Assembly (NCBI RefSeq): GCF_009914755.1
Contig: NC_060927.1
Length of the DNA: 64,000 bases
Source of the DNA: the human T2T-CHM13v2.0 reference genome, Homo sapiens
Strand: one strand, 5' to 3'
The position numbers and the translations under genes are program-made. The notes under the pieces are model-generated. The model was not told the DNA's origin and made no database searches. It saw only the letters and a list, made by a program, of their open reading frames with translations. This document shows, in pieces, positions 39,078 to 53,179 of this stretch (position 1 is the stretch's first letter; each line of letters opens with the position of its first letter).

Positions 39078-41417
39078 TGTATTAGTCTGTTCTTATACTA
39101 CTCTAAAAACTGTCTGAAGTGGGGTAAGCTGTAAAGGAAAAAGGTTTAATTGACTCACAGTTCTACATTGCTGGAGAGGACTCAGGAAACTTACAATTAT
39201 GATAGAAGGCAAAAGAGAAGCAGGCAACTTTTTCACAGGGCAACAGGAAGGAGAATTTCTGAGCAAAGAAGGAAGAGTCTCATAAAACTATCAGAGCTCC
39301 TGAGAACTCATTCACTATCATGGGAACAGCATGGGGAAAACCTCCCCCATGATTCAATTACCTCCACCTGGTCTCTCCCTGGACACATGGGGATTATGGG
39401 GATTACAATTTAAGATGATATTTGGGTGGGGACACAAAGCCTAACCATGCCATTCGTCCTCTGGCCCCTCCCAAATCTCATGTCCCTTTCACACTTCAAA
39501 ACCAAACGTACCATCCCAACAGTCCTCCATACTGTTAATTAATTCCAGCATTAACCCACAAGTCCAAGTCCAAAGTCTCATCTAAGACAAGGCAAGTCCC
39601 TCTCACTTATAAATTTAAAAACAAGCTAGTTACTTCCTAGAAACAATGGGGGTATAGGCATTGGGTAAATACACTCATTCCAAATGGGAGAAATTGGCCA
39701 AAATGAAGGGGTTACAGGCTGCATGCAAGTCTGAAATCCAGCAGGGCACTCAAATCTTGAAGCTCCGAAATGATCTCCTTTGATTCTATGTCTCACATCC
39801 AGGTCACACTGATGCAAGAGGTAGGTTCCCATGCTTTTGGGCAACTCCATCCATGTCACTTTGTAGGGCACAGCCAACATCCAACCTGCTTTCATGAGAT
39901 GGTGTTTCGCGTCTGTGGCTTTTCCAGGTGCATGATACAAGCTGTCGGTGGATCTTGGGTCTGGAGAATGTTGGCCATCTCCTCATAGTTCCACTAGGCA
40001 GTGCCCCAGTGGGGACTCTGTGTGGGGGCTGTGACCCCACATTTCTTTTCTGCACTGCCCTAGCAAAGGTTCTCCATGAGGGCTCCATATCTCCAGCAGA
40101 CTTCTGCCTGGACATACAGGCATTTCTATACATCATCCAAAATCTAGGTGGAGGTCCCCAAACCTCAATTCTTGATTTCTGTGACCTCAAGACCAAACAC
40201 CAGGTAGGAGCGACCAAGGCTCAGGTCTCACACTCTGTGAAGCAATGGCTTGAGCTGTATTTTGGCCCCTTTTAGCCAAGGTTGGGGTGCAGGGCACCAA
40301 GTCCTGAGACTGCATAAAGTAGCAAGGCTCTTGGCCCAGCCCATGAAAACATTTTGTCCTCCTAGGCCTTTGGGCCTCTGATGGAAGGGGATGCCATGAA
40401 GACCCATGGCATGCTCTGGTCCCATTGTCTTTGCAATTAACACTTGGCTCCACATTACTTGTGCAAATTTCTGTGGTCAGCTTGAATTTGTCCTGAGAAA
40501 ATGGGTTTTTCTTTTCTATTGCATCTTCAGCCTGCAAATTATCTAAACTTTTATGCTTTGCTTCCCTTTTAAACATAAGTTTCAATTCCAAACCATATTT
40601 TTGTGAATACGTAAAACTGAATGTTTTTAAAAGCACCCAAGTCACTTCTTAAACACCTTGCTGCTTAGAAATTTCTTCTGCCAGATACCTTAAATCATCT
40701 CTCTCAAGTTCAAAGTTCCACAGATTCCTGGAACAGGGGGCTAATGTGGCCAGTCTCTTTGATAAAGCTTAGTAAGAGTCACCTTTGCTCCAGTTCCCAA
40801 GAAGTTACTCATCTCCATCGGAGACCACCTCAGCCTGGACTTCATGGTCCATATCACTATCAGCACTTTGGGTAAAGCCATTCAACAAGTCTCTAGGAAG
40901 TTCCAAATTTCCCCACATCTTTCTGTCTTCTTCTGAGCCCTCCAAACATTCCATCCTCTGCCTGTAACCCAGTTCCAAAATTGCTTTCACATTTTTGGGT
41001 ATCATAGCAATGCCCCACTAGCTTAGTACAAATTTACTGAATAAGTCCATTCTGACATTGCTATAAGGAAATACCCAAGACTGGGTAATTTATAAAGGAA
41101 AGAGGTTTGACTCACAGTACAGTTCTTCATGTTTCGAGAGGCATCAGGAAACCTACGATTATGGCAAAATGCAAAGGGGAAGAAGGCACCTTCTTCACGT
41201 GGTGGCAGAAAGGAGAAGTGCTGAACAAAGTCGGGAAGAGCCCCTTATAAAACCATCGGATCTCAAGAGAACTCACTCACTATCATTAGAACAGCATGGG
41301 GGAAACCTCTCCCATGATTCAATTACCTTCACCTTGTGTCTATATTCACACATAGGGAATATGGGTATTACAATTCAAGATGAGATTTGAGTAGGGACAC
41401 AAAGCCTAATCATGTTA
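39078..41417 (-). mobile_element. Full-length THE1D-like MaLR (LTR 39078-39452, internal 39453-41037, LTR 41038-41417)
   Basis: Two LTRs ending GGGACACAAAGCCTAA flank ~1.6 kb of internal sequence (GGCCCCTCCCAAATCTCATGTCC, CCACTAGGCAGTGCCCCAGTGGGGACTCTG). Confidence 0.92.
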
Positions 41418-41536
41418 CCATGGTATGAGCTCTCTTCCAGATAATATATTAACTTCTGCTGGCCTCATGACAACCGCCAGTTATGACCATAATTATCTCA
41501 ACATGAGCACCAGGTTCAACTTTAAAATAAGGATTC

Positions 41537-41960
<424 letters not shown>

Positions 41961-43106
41961 TCACATGTAAAGTAACCTATAGAAAGGTTCAGCCAGCTGA
42001 TAATTTATCTAAATCTTGCACTGAGGCATAAGAAAAATAACCATGGGTCACATCTGTGAACCCATTGAACCCACTGTGAGATGGGATTAGGCCAGGGCTA
42101 TTTTATCCTCTGGCATTCATAAGCCGCAACTCAAATAACAGAAAAGATGGAATATCAGAGATCCTTGTATTAATGTCTGCTTAGATACTTTATTTTGTAA
42201 CTCAATGTCTGGCTATAACTCTGTCCCCTGTGACTTTTATATTTAGATGTCACATCAAATTCTTTTGCTCAGAAAAGATTCAGGGGTATAATTACTGTAT
42301 AGGCTTGTGGTGACATCACAGGACATTTCCTTAAGGTGACACAGAATGCTATTTAATTAGTGGGCTCTGGGTCTGTGTATTCTATTACATCTAGAATGAA
42401 GGTTGAAAAAAATCATGATTTTTTATTTCAGCAGAGTTAGACTTCTGAAATCCAGATGTAAGAAATTTTTTCATGTTGTACAAACAATTCCTGTTTCATT
42501 CTGCACATCTTGTATCTAAAAACATCACATGTCTCTGTGGATCAAGGCACTTTAAATGTCTTTAAGGTCTTGCTATACATTAGGGTAATTTTCTCACTTT
42601 CTTCTGACAGCTAAGTGTCTCCACGTAGTTTCTGTCTTTCTGAGATATTATTAACACCATAGAAGCTGGATACCCTAGTTTGAGGGCAGCATCACCTTCT
42701 ATCAATTCCAGCTTACAAAAAGAAGTCAAAGGACACCACTAAATCCTTTGTAAATACCTTTATCCACATCCCCAGTGCATTTTTTTTTATCACCACAGTG
42801 TTAAAAACAATTGCAAAATTTAGCAAGATTTGCAGGACCTAAGAGCACTATTCCAAAACTCAGAGCATTTATGTATAACAAAGCAAAACAAGTAAACTAA
42901 TTTGAGTGGAATTGCTTTAAATATAGGGATAGATTTAATGACACTTAGAATGTTTGTAATATTGGCATTTATTCTCCATGAACATGGAATGTATTGCAAC
43001 CATTTATTTAGATTTTCTTTAATGTCTCCTATTAAAGTTTATAATTTTATTCCTAGATAATTTGCAATTTTTTCTAGCTCCAGAGAATTTTTTTCTTTAA
43101 TTTTTT

Positions 43107-43162
43107 CCCTTCCTTCCTTCCTTCCTTCCTTCCTTCCTTCCTTCCTTCCTTCCTTCCTTCCT
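43107..43162 (+). repeat. (CCTT)n microsatellite
   Basis: About 13 perfect units. Confidence 0.95.
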
Positions 43163-43207
43163 TTTTGTCTACTTCTTTTTCAAAATTTATTTGTTTACAT
43201 GTTTTGA

Positions 43208-43531
<324 letters not shown>

Positions 43532-44414
43532 TTAAACGCATTGGCATAGATGCATCTAACAGACATAATATCGAGTAAAACATAAAGAAGATCAAATACT
43601 ATGATGTTGAATTAAGATGACTCGTCAATTTGACTGTTGAAATTGACTCAGGTAATCACAGAAACCAAACAAGAAAATTTACACATCTAAAAATTTAAAG
43701 AGTGTACCCCAGTTGCTGGAAGATGAAAACTAAAGGGTTAGACTATATGGTGTTATAACAGAAATAAATCAAGGATTGAATAAAAGAGGATTTGAGGTGA
43801 TGCTGTAAAAATAATCTGGAGATAGTGAAGGCAATCCAGGAGAATGGAAACATACCTGGCTCTAATGCAAATAGTGTAGCAAAGAATAAAAACCTTCAAA
43901 TGATGATAAATTGCAAGGAAATTCACAGTACTTGCATTTTGTCTGTTTGCCTTTAGAAATGTAGTTTTCATTTTTATGATATTCTTGAGAAGTTATTCCC
44001 TTCTTTAGATTTTTATTCAATGTTTCTATATTAAAGTTATTATTTTTTCTGAGGAATGTGATATATGTGATAAGGTAACATTTATTGCTTCTTATATGTG
44101 AGTTGTCTAGTGACCAGTAAAAAGTTAAAGTAACAACTTGCTTTCAGAAGAAACAAAATAGAAATATAAATTATTTGCTTTGAGAAGTCTAAAAGTTTTA
44201 TTGCTATGATAAAGTAAATGACTTACTTTATTGTTTGAATACCTAAATAATATCTAGTCTCTATTGAGAATTGCCAAAATAATTTTGTGAATCCTAATAT
44301 TGATTTACTATGCATCTTTTTGTTTCTGTGTTCTTACTAAACCCTCTACATAGTCAAGAAGAAAAAGCTGGAATGAGAAAGTAGTGTCAGAATTGTAAAG
44401 AGAGAAAGATGTGA

Positions 44415-44724
44415 TTTTTTTCTTTTTCTTTTTTTTTTTTTTTTGAGACAGAGTCTCGCTCTGTCACCCAGGCTGGAGTGCAGTGGTGTGATCTCAGCTC
44501 ACTGAAACCTCTGAGTCCAGGGTTCAAGTTATTCTCTTGTTTAGGCCTCCTGAGTATCTAGGGTTACAGGCACACACCAGCACACCCAGCTAATTTTTGT
44601 ATTTTTAGTACAGATGGGGTTTCACCATGTTGGTCAGGCTGGTCTTGAACTCCTGATCTCGTGATCCACCTGCCTTGGCCTCCCAAAGTGCTGGGATTAC
44701 AGCCGTGAGCCACTGTATCTGGCC
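44415..44724 (-). mobile_element. AluS
   Basis: Full antisense dimer. Confidence 0.9.
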
Positions 44725-44754
44725 AGGGGTGAAAATTTTACATTAACTCAGAAA

Positions 44755-44960
44755 ACATTAATTTGTTGTCTAATAAGTGCTAGACATTCTAGTAAGTATT
44801 ATGTATTATAAAGCTGAATAAGATTCTGTTCAACCTCCATGAACTTCTAAAAACACAAAAGATTTAAAAATTACAATAAAATGTGGCATGCAAAATAATA
44901 GGAATTGTTCAGTGTGCCAACTGGAATATATTAAAGGGTTAGGGAGCGTTTCCTATAGAA
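44755..44960 (-). mobile_element. L2 3' end
   Basis: GTGCTAGACATT...GCTGAATAAGA...CCTCCATGAACTT. Confidence 0.5.
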
Positions 44961-45165
44961 GATCAAAATTTTTACATTGTAGTTTGTTTATTTCCCAAGT
45001 ACTTCTTTTATTTTTATCGCTAGAATCCATGAGATTTTAAGGTCTTTACATAATTAAAGGCATTTCTAAGGGATTTACTCTCTTCCTAAGTGCTCATGTT
45101 TAGGACAGAAAAGATATGGAATATTGTAGAAAATTCTAGAAAAAGCAGTTTTTTAAAAGTGATGT

Positions 45166-45558
45166 CTGTATTAGACACAAAATATGTTGTCCAAATTCCC
45201 CTTCAAGAAATGACTTGCTGTCTTCTGGCTGTGGAGTGTGCAGGCAACAGACAGAGAGCCTGGAGCTGTCAACTCCTTCAGGATTCGCCTAAGGTCAGCC
45301 CATATCTAGTGACTGAGAGAGGTAGGGGTATAAAGGCATAGTCATCTTGGCCCAGTCTGAGACACTGTGACAGACAATAATTGTTCCTAAACCCTCTGCT
45401 AGTTTCCCAGAGTTTGTCCTGTCTACATGACAGTCAGACTTTTTTTCAATACCTGATCCCAGTTCTTCCCCTTTCTTTCACATGTGTTTGCTTTTAAATA
45501 ATATCTTGAAACCATGCTCTATCCCAATATTAGTTTTCAAAGAATCTAAAGTGCAACA
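45166..45558 (+). mobile_element. LTR16-family ERVL LTR
   Basis: TTCCCCTTCAAGAAATGAC...GGGGTATAAAGGC...CTTTCACA...GCAACA. Confidence 0.65.
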
Positions 45559-45741
45559 CTGCTATTCAGTGCAAACCGGAAGAAGTGTAGTATGGTGAAA
45601 AGAGTATAGAGTTGGAGACACATGTGCTTTTCCTTTATGTCCAAAGTGCATTTTTTAAGGTGACTCAAACTTCTTGAAACTGCTGTTTTCAGACTTACAG
45701 TCATAATAGAATAAGATAAATATAAAGTGTAAGACAAGGTG

Positions 45742-46916
45742 TGTATTAGACTATTCTTGCATTGCTGTAAAGAAATATTTGACACTGGGTAACTTATAAA
45801 GAAAAGAGGTTTAATTGGGTCACAGTTCTCCAGGCTTTACAGGAAATATGGTACTGACATCTGCTTGGCTTCTAGGGAGGCCTCAGGAAGCTTACAATTA
45901 TGACGGAAGGCAAAGGGGAAATAGGCATGTCACATAGAGAAAGAGGAGAGAGAGAGAGAGTGGGGAGGAAGTGTCGCACACTTTTAAAGGACCAGATATC
46001 CTGTGAACTCAGAGTGAGAGCTCACTTATCACCAAGGGGATGGCCCAAGACATTCATAAGTGATCCAATCCATTGATACAGACAGGAGACAGGGAAATAC
46101 TGGCTAGAAGAGGGCAGTTCCCCAGAAAAGGCCCCACCCTCAAGGTTTGAGACCCATGGCCCTAAATGGAGACAGTCATTCCTGTTTTTGCACCCAAAAA
46201 GTTGCCTTTTGGCCTGCCACGCCTCCTATCCTGTACCCATATAAACACCAAACCCCAGGCGCTAGAAGCAGAGGAGCAGTCAAGGAGACAAGAAGACAAA
46301 TTGTGGAATGATGTGGCAGAGAAAGAGAGAAAAGGAGGAACGTCTGAACGCCAAGAGGAGTTCGACTAGGGACAGTTGGAGAGGGGTTCCACTGCTAGAA
46401 GGCCAGGCTCCAGGGGAAGATCATCTTCCCACTCTATCCCCACTTCCAGCTCTTCATCCGTCCTGCTGAGAGCCACCTCCACCTTTCAATAAAACCTCCT
46501 TATTCACCTAAGTCCTTGTGTGACCCGATTCTTCCAGGATGCTGGAAAAGAGCTTGGGATACAGAAAGTGGTCACACTGGCCCTCTGCCCTTGCAGAAAG
46601 GCAGAGAGTCCACTGAGCTGGTTAACACTCAAGCTGTCTGTAGATGGCAAGGGTCAAAGGGCACAGTGTAACACATGCACACTTGGGCTCCTGCACCTAC
46701 CCATCTGTGTGCTACCCCTCCCCTCAGAGATTTGAGCAGCTCTGGCAACAGAACAGGCAAGCTGCACCCCGTCACATATCCTGCGAGGAAAACCAGGGAA
46801 ATCTCCCATTTCACTATGATCCAAACACCTCCCATCAGGACCCACATCCACATCCAACATTGGGGATTACAGTTCAACATGAGATTTGGGTAGGGACAAA
46901 TATCCAAACAATATCA
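45742..46916 (-). mobile_element. MSTB-like LTR split by a MER50 insertion
   Basis: TGTATTAG...CTCACTTATCACCAAGGGGATGG | GATCCAAACACCTCCC...ATATCA. Confidence 0.85.
46074..46813 (+). mobile_element. MER50-like ERV1 solo LTR
   Basis: TGATACAGACAGGAGACAGGGAAATACTGG...CCCATTTCA; flanked by CCAT/CTAT 4-bp TSD; contains TATA-like and AATAAA motifs. Confidence 0.85.
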
Positions 46917-48040
46917 GGTTCCATCTTCCACTAATATGAATGCTATAACTTAGTGGGAGAGACGGACAGTATTTAATTTCTAATGTTTCAAATCATATTC
47001 TGCATTATTTACTACATTGGGCTTTTCAAAATTTTCATTGTATTTTTTAGAGGGGAATCTATCAGTTCATAAGTAACTTAGTTACTAAAAAAGCAAAAAT
47101 TATACCTCTGGAAATATTCAGAGTTTCTGTGGGATTGTTAAATCATAAAACAGAAAAATCATGGGAGTCAACATCAGCCCTGCTGAGGACAATTTATGTC
47201 ATTAAAACTAATCTATTGATATGGTGTTAGGAGAGATAAGTAGAGAGGTTAGTGTCACAAATGTAGGATTTCTTTAAAACAAACTTGTATTCCCAGTCAG
47301 TATGTGAAATGTGAGATCCATCGACATTGAAAGCTATGCAAAAGGTTGGCACTTTTCTTTGGAAACTGCCTTTTACTAATTGATTTATTTTTACTTGCTG
47401 TTTGAAGTTGGTGTCAGGGTTTAGGTTTCAAACTGACATTGGAAGCAGAATAGATTTTTAGGTTTCCAAATATTAAACAAAATATTTCTGATAGCAATTG
47501 TTATATTTGAGTCTTCATATTTCATAATTCTTTCAACTCAGAATATGAAGGCCTGTAGAGATCACCCATATAAACTTCATTTTATAAACATGACATAGGA
47601 AAGAAAAAAGTTTAAAAAAATTTAAAATATTATGAAAAAATTAAAAATAATATTTAAAATATTGAAAAATTAAGAAATACCATATAAATAAAAAAACAAG
47701 AAAAAATGTTTTCCACTTATGATGCAATTATACAAGTGATAAAGCATATCATTTAACTTTGTTTAGAAATATTAAATGTAATAATGCTATATCATAATTT
47801 AGATTTATCCACTTGTTCGGTTATTAACGCCTGATGTATATCAGGCATCATTAGACAAATCAGACAAAAATTTATGCTTTTGCAGTACTGACACTTTTGT
47901 AGAGGAGATGAACAATAAAATTTATCAATGTTAATTAATTTCTTAAAGATCACCAGCATGATGTGGAAAAAAAAGAATAGAATAAGCAATGATGAGTATT
48001 GAGAACAGTTTATAACTTTATTTCAGCTAGGGTTGTCATG

Positions 48041-48740
48041 TGTTTTAATTTTTTATTGCATTCTAAAACATCCTAAAATTTAATGATTTAAAACACCTGT
48101 ATTTATTATTTCCAAAATTCCCTGTTTCCTGTGCACTTCCTTTGCTGGTTTTGCCTAAGCTGATTTACACAGTATTTAGATAGAGGGGTGGTGATCTGGA
48201 ACGTCCAACATGGTCTTTCACAACACAGGCCATAGGTCCTGACAGGAATGACTCAGTTATGCTTCAGGAGGTGAAACTGACTTTCTTATAGAGAAGTCAA
48301 AGAGCAGTATCTCAAAATAGCAAGAAAGGAAGCTGATGATTTTTTAAGACATTAGCCATGGAAATTACATACAATCATTTTCATAATATTCTATTCATCT
48401 AAATAAGCAAGGCCAGTTCAATAGAAAGGAGTAGGGAAATAAACTCCATCTTCTGATGGGAAAGGTAGGAAAGTCACATTGCAAAGGGATATAGATAATT
48501 GGCCATATTTATTGCCATATTTTGCAAATTACCTTGGCCTGGTCTTACCTATAGCTTCAATTACTTCTGTTGTCTCCATGCAACATAAAACCATTATGTC
48601 CACACAGCATGACGTCTCATTCAATTATAGCATCAAGCTCAAGGTTTAGTATCTTGTGATCTGCATCTAACAGACAATGCCTCTTAGATGTGCCCCTCAG
48701 CTACAACTCCTTTTGACACAGCTCTCTGGTTCCTGTCTTG
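48041..48740 (-). mobile_element. MLT1H-like LTR plus adjacent internal fragment
   Basis: AACTCCATCTTCTGATGGG...AAAGTCACATTGCAAAGGG; GTCTCATTCAATTATAGCATCA. Confidence 0.6.
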
Positions 48741-48794
48741 ATAATAGACTATAAAAAGCCAAGAATAAAAGCCAAGAAACTTGCTAAAAGACGA

Positions 48795-49470
48795 TACCAG
48801 TAACCCAGGAAAGAAATGATGAGAATCTGACAAAAAGTGGTAGCCTTCAAAAGAAGAATAAGAGGTCATATTTTAATACCATTCAGAATGCATGGGTAAT
48901 AGATATGTTGATGTGGAATTTGTGATAAAGAGAGGAGTCAAGGACAACTTCATGTTTTTGGTCTAAACACCTAGAAGAATGGAATTATTATAACCTAAAA
49001 AGTGGAAGACACTGAATAGAGGAGATTTGATGTGGATCGGGAACTTCACTTGGATGTGCAATGTTCATTAAACATTGAGGAGAATATATCTATTAAAAAA
49101 TTGGGTATAAAGTCTGGAGTTGAGAAGTTCAATAAGAATTTCTGAAATTATCACCCTATTTATAATATTTAAATTCATATCTGGATAATATTGCCAAGAG
49201 AGTGAGTTCCATTTGAGAAGAAAAGAGAAAGAATGGGCAATGGAGCACTCCTATGTTAAGAGATATGGTAGAAAAAGAAGGGAATACAAGAGAAAAAAAT
49301 GAACACAAATAAGTCGGAAGAAAACTATAAATGTGTAATCTAAAAGTAAGAAAAAGAACAAAATTAAAAGTAAAAGGAAGTAGTTATCTGCATCAAATGT
49401 TGTGCGCAATTTAATTATGATTAATTATAAAATAGAACATTGGATTTAGAAACCCGGAAGTCATCATTTT
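48795..49470 (-). mobile_element. L2 fragment
   Basis: AGAGGAGTCAAGGACAACTTC...CATTGGATTTAG. Confidence 0.65.
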
Positions 49471-49964
49471 AAATGCAGGCATTAACTTACATTTGCTGTT
49501 CATATGCAGTGTGACAAGTATTTTTATATATCATATTTCAATTAGTCCTCATAGCAGCCCCATGATGCTTAGGAAATGCTAGGTTAGTTTTCTATTCATC
49601 TATTGATGGACACTCAGGTTGTTAAATTATAAGAGCATTCAAATATTACACCTACTGTTACTCCATTACCTTACAATGCTCTTTTCCTAGCGGCAAGAAA
49701 ATTAGATCAGAAATAATTGAAGATGACTTTTATTTCTGATCTAGCTGCCAAATCAGAACACACATAAATGCACACACACACATGCACACAAAGACACACA
49801 CACATATACACCTACACACATATGTAACTACATATATAATTTACTACATAGTATATATATTAATTTTCCTCTCAAAATATGTTTTCTAAAACCTATCTTT
49901 AAAAAATATAACTTTTTATCAATATTCATTTTAACCACCTTCCTTTATTAATACAGCTCCTGGA

Positions 49965-50286
49965 GGCCAGGTGTGGTAACTCATGCCTATAATCCCAGCA
50001 GTTTGGGAGGCCAAGGCTGGCGGATCACCTGAGGTCTGGAATTCGAGACCAGCCTGGACATCACGGTGAAATTCTGTCTCTACCAAAAATAAAAAAATTA
50101 GTCAGGCGTAGTGGCAGGCATCTGTAATCCAAGCTACTCAGGAGGCTGAGGCAGGAGAATCACTTGAACCCGGGGTGGGTGAAAGTTGCAGTGAGCCAAG
50201 ATAGCACCAATGCATTCCAGCCTGGGTGACAGAGTGAGACTCCAAAAAAAAAAAAAAGAAAGAAAGAAGGAAAGGAGGAAAGAAAG

Positions 50287-50341
<55 letters not shown>

Positions 50342-50506
50342 AAAGAAAAGAAAGAAAGAAAGAAAGAAAGAGAAAGAAGGAAGGAAGGAAGGAAAGAAAG
50401 AAAGAAGGAAAGAAAGGAAGGAAGAAGGAAGGAGGGAAGGAGGGAGGGAGGGAGGGAAAGGAAGGAACAAGGAAGGAAGGAAGGAAGGAAAAAAGAAAAA
50501 AGAAAA
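49965..50506 (+). mobile_element. AluSx-like with ~260-bp GA-rich expanded tail
   Basis: Perfect 15-bp TSD AATACAGCTCCTGGA at 49950-49964 and 50507-50521. Confidence 0.95.
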
Positions 50507-50521
50507 AATACAGCTCCTGGA

Positions 50522-51260
50522 TTTAGGTGGAAACATGGTCATTCAACTTTAAAGTTCATTTCACATCCTACAGTGCAGCTAGATGTGACCGTGTGACTTA
50601 TGTAAGACCAATGACAGCTGAAAAGAAGTAGCATAGCATGTGTTACCTCAAGGTCATGAACTTAAAAGGAATGTGCTCCCTATCTGCACTTCCACTATTG
50701 TGCTAGCTTATTGTATTAGTCTGTTTTCACTCTGCTTATAAAGACATACCCAAGACTGGGCAGTTTACAAAAGAAAGAGGTTTAATTGGACTAACAGTTC
50801 CACATGGCTGGGGAAACTTCACAATCATGGCAGCAGGCAAGGAGGAGCAAGTCACATCTTACATGAATGGTGGCAGGCAAAGAGAGGAGTGCTTGTGCAG
50901 GGAAACTCCACTTTATATAATCATCAGATCTCCTGAGACTGACTTACTATCATGAGAAAATCATGGGAAAGACCTGCCCCCATGATTCAGTTACCTCCCA
51001 CTGGGTCCTTCCCACAACATGCGGGAATTCAAGATAAGATTTGGGTGGAGACACAATCAAACCATATACTTATATGCAGATGTGATAGTTATCAAAAGAT
51101 ACATGACGCAGAAAGGAAAAGTCATGTTAGGAGTTGAAGAATGAAAGAAAATATTAATGGGATGTTTCTGAATAATTATTATAAAATAAAAAGACAATTC
51201 TATCATGTTGAATTCAATGGATTTTAGATGTGTTTTTGTTGCTGTTGCTGTCATTAGTCA
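50522..51260 (+). mobile_element. LTR33-like ancient LTR hosting the Alu and a THE1 LTR
   Basis: GCAGCTAGATGTGACCGTGTGACT...GACCAATGA. Confidence 0.45.
50712..51068 (-). mobile_element. THE1B-like solo LTR
   Basis: AAAGACATACCCAAGACTGGG...GAGGAGCAAGTCACATCTTAC; 5-bp TSD CTTAT on both sides. Confidence 0.92.
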
Positions 51261-51367
51261 TATAAATTATATGAGTTTTTAGTTAAAAGTGGTATAAAAC
51301 AATGTGTCAGACCTCTGAAACAGTCTACAACTACTTTGACATCTAAACTTTTATAAAAGTTAAAATA

Positions 51368-51695
<328 letters not shown>

Positions 51696-52364
51696 TTAAC
51701 CTAAAGTTAATAATTACATAGTGAATATATCGTAGAAAAGTCTAAATATTGTAAAGGCAACGAGGCTACCTCCTCATTTGACATGAAGATAGAGTGTTAA
51801 GTTCACAGAAAGTTATGGGCCTATAGAACAATACAAACTCTGCCCAGTGCATAAACTAAAGGGTAAAACTTTAGATTTTTTCAAAAAAACTTTTAATAGG
51901 ATTTTTTAAAAATTGCATTTAACAACTACACTGTTACCAGAAATGTAACCTAAAATATATTCATTTTCATTTCAATCGTGTCTAATATCTAAAATACAGT
52001 AAAATTTTCCAAGAAATAGAGCTAAAATTGTAGCAGTGAAAATAAGTGTGTATATATCTAGATTTTTTTTTGAAATGGCTTACTCTTCCATATGATTTAA
52101 TCAAGCAAATATCCTGAATAGTTAACCTCCATAATCTTATCCCATGTCTAAGATACTTGGTGAAAACAAATATCCTGATTGTTTCTTCCTTTTTTGAGGA
52201 TGTTCTAAAATTTTATGAAATTATTTTGATCTTCAATAACAGCTAATGTCTTTCGTTGGTTGCAACTCAAACTTTATAGACAGAGAGTAAAATTCAGGAG
52301 ATACTTAATCTTTCCAATTTTATTTTAACCATTTTTGGTTTTGGCTAATAGGTTAAAACTACCG

Positions 52365-52985
52365 TCCAAAAATGGCTAAAAGAAATTAAAGAAGACATAA
52401 ATAAATGGAAAGATATTTCATATTTATAGATCACAGAAATGAAAGATGGAAATATTCTCCAAATTTTGCAAAAATGTACCAAACACAATATACTCATATG
52501 GAAATTCAAGGGATCCAGAACAAACAAAATGATCTTGCAAAAAAAAGGGCAGATTTAAGGACTTATATTTCATAATTTTCAAACTTACAGTAAAGCTGCA
52601 GTAATCAAGACAGTGTGGTATTGGCACAAGGACAGACATGAAAATCAATGAAACAGCATTGAAAGTTCAGAAATAAACCCTCGTATCTACTTTCAATTGA
52701 TCTTTGATAAAGGTACCAAAAATCTTCAGTAGCAAAAAGTATAATGTTTTAATAAACTGGGCTGGGACAACTGAATATCCACATGCAAAAAATAATGAAG
52801 TTCAACCCCTACATCATACCACATACAAAAGTTACCCAAATGAATAAAATTTCTAAATGTAAAAGATAAAATTTTGAAACTCTTAGAAGAAAATATATGC
52901 ATAAATCTTGGAAACATTAGATCAGTCAACGTTTCTTAGATTTGACATGAAAACCACGAACAAAAAAAAAAAGAAAGAAAAAAAT
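52365..52985 (+). mobile_element. L1M ORF2 fragment
   Basis: GAAGACATAAATAAATGGAAAGA...GTAATCAAGACAGTGTGGTATTGGC. Confidence 0.8.
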
Positions 52986-53179
52986 AGAGATCACCAAAAA
53001 CTTTTTCCTCTTCACCAGTTATATAATTTATTTCTGCCAGTAACCATTACAGAGGTAATAATTGGGAATATTTTATCATATTTATTTTTCATTATAAAAT
53101 CATATTTGCATACCAGAATTATAAATAGAGGAAAGAAGGAAAAATAAAGCATTAAACCATTATATCTATGTTGCCTGTT

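Noticed and set aside
39626-41005. Several 100-150 aa ORFs
   Set aside because: Fragments of the decayed THE1 internal ORF on shifting frames
43624-43647. GTCAATTT-N8-AAATTGAC small inverted repeat
   Set aside because: An 8-bp stem is expected by chance in AT-rich DNA
50138-50596. 128-134 aa K/E/R-rich and F/L/S-rich ORFs
   Set aside because: Translations of the GA microsatellite and Alu; not genes
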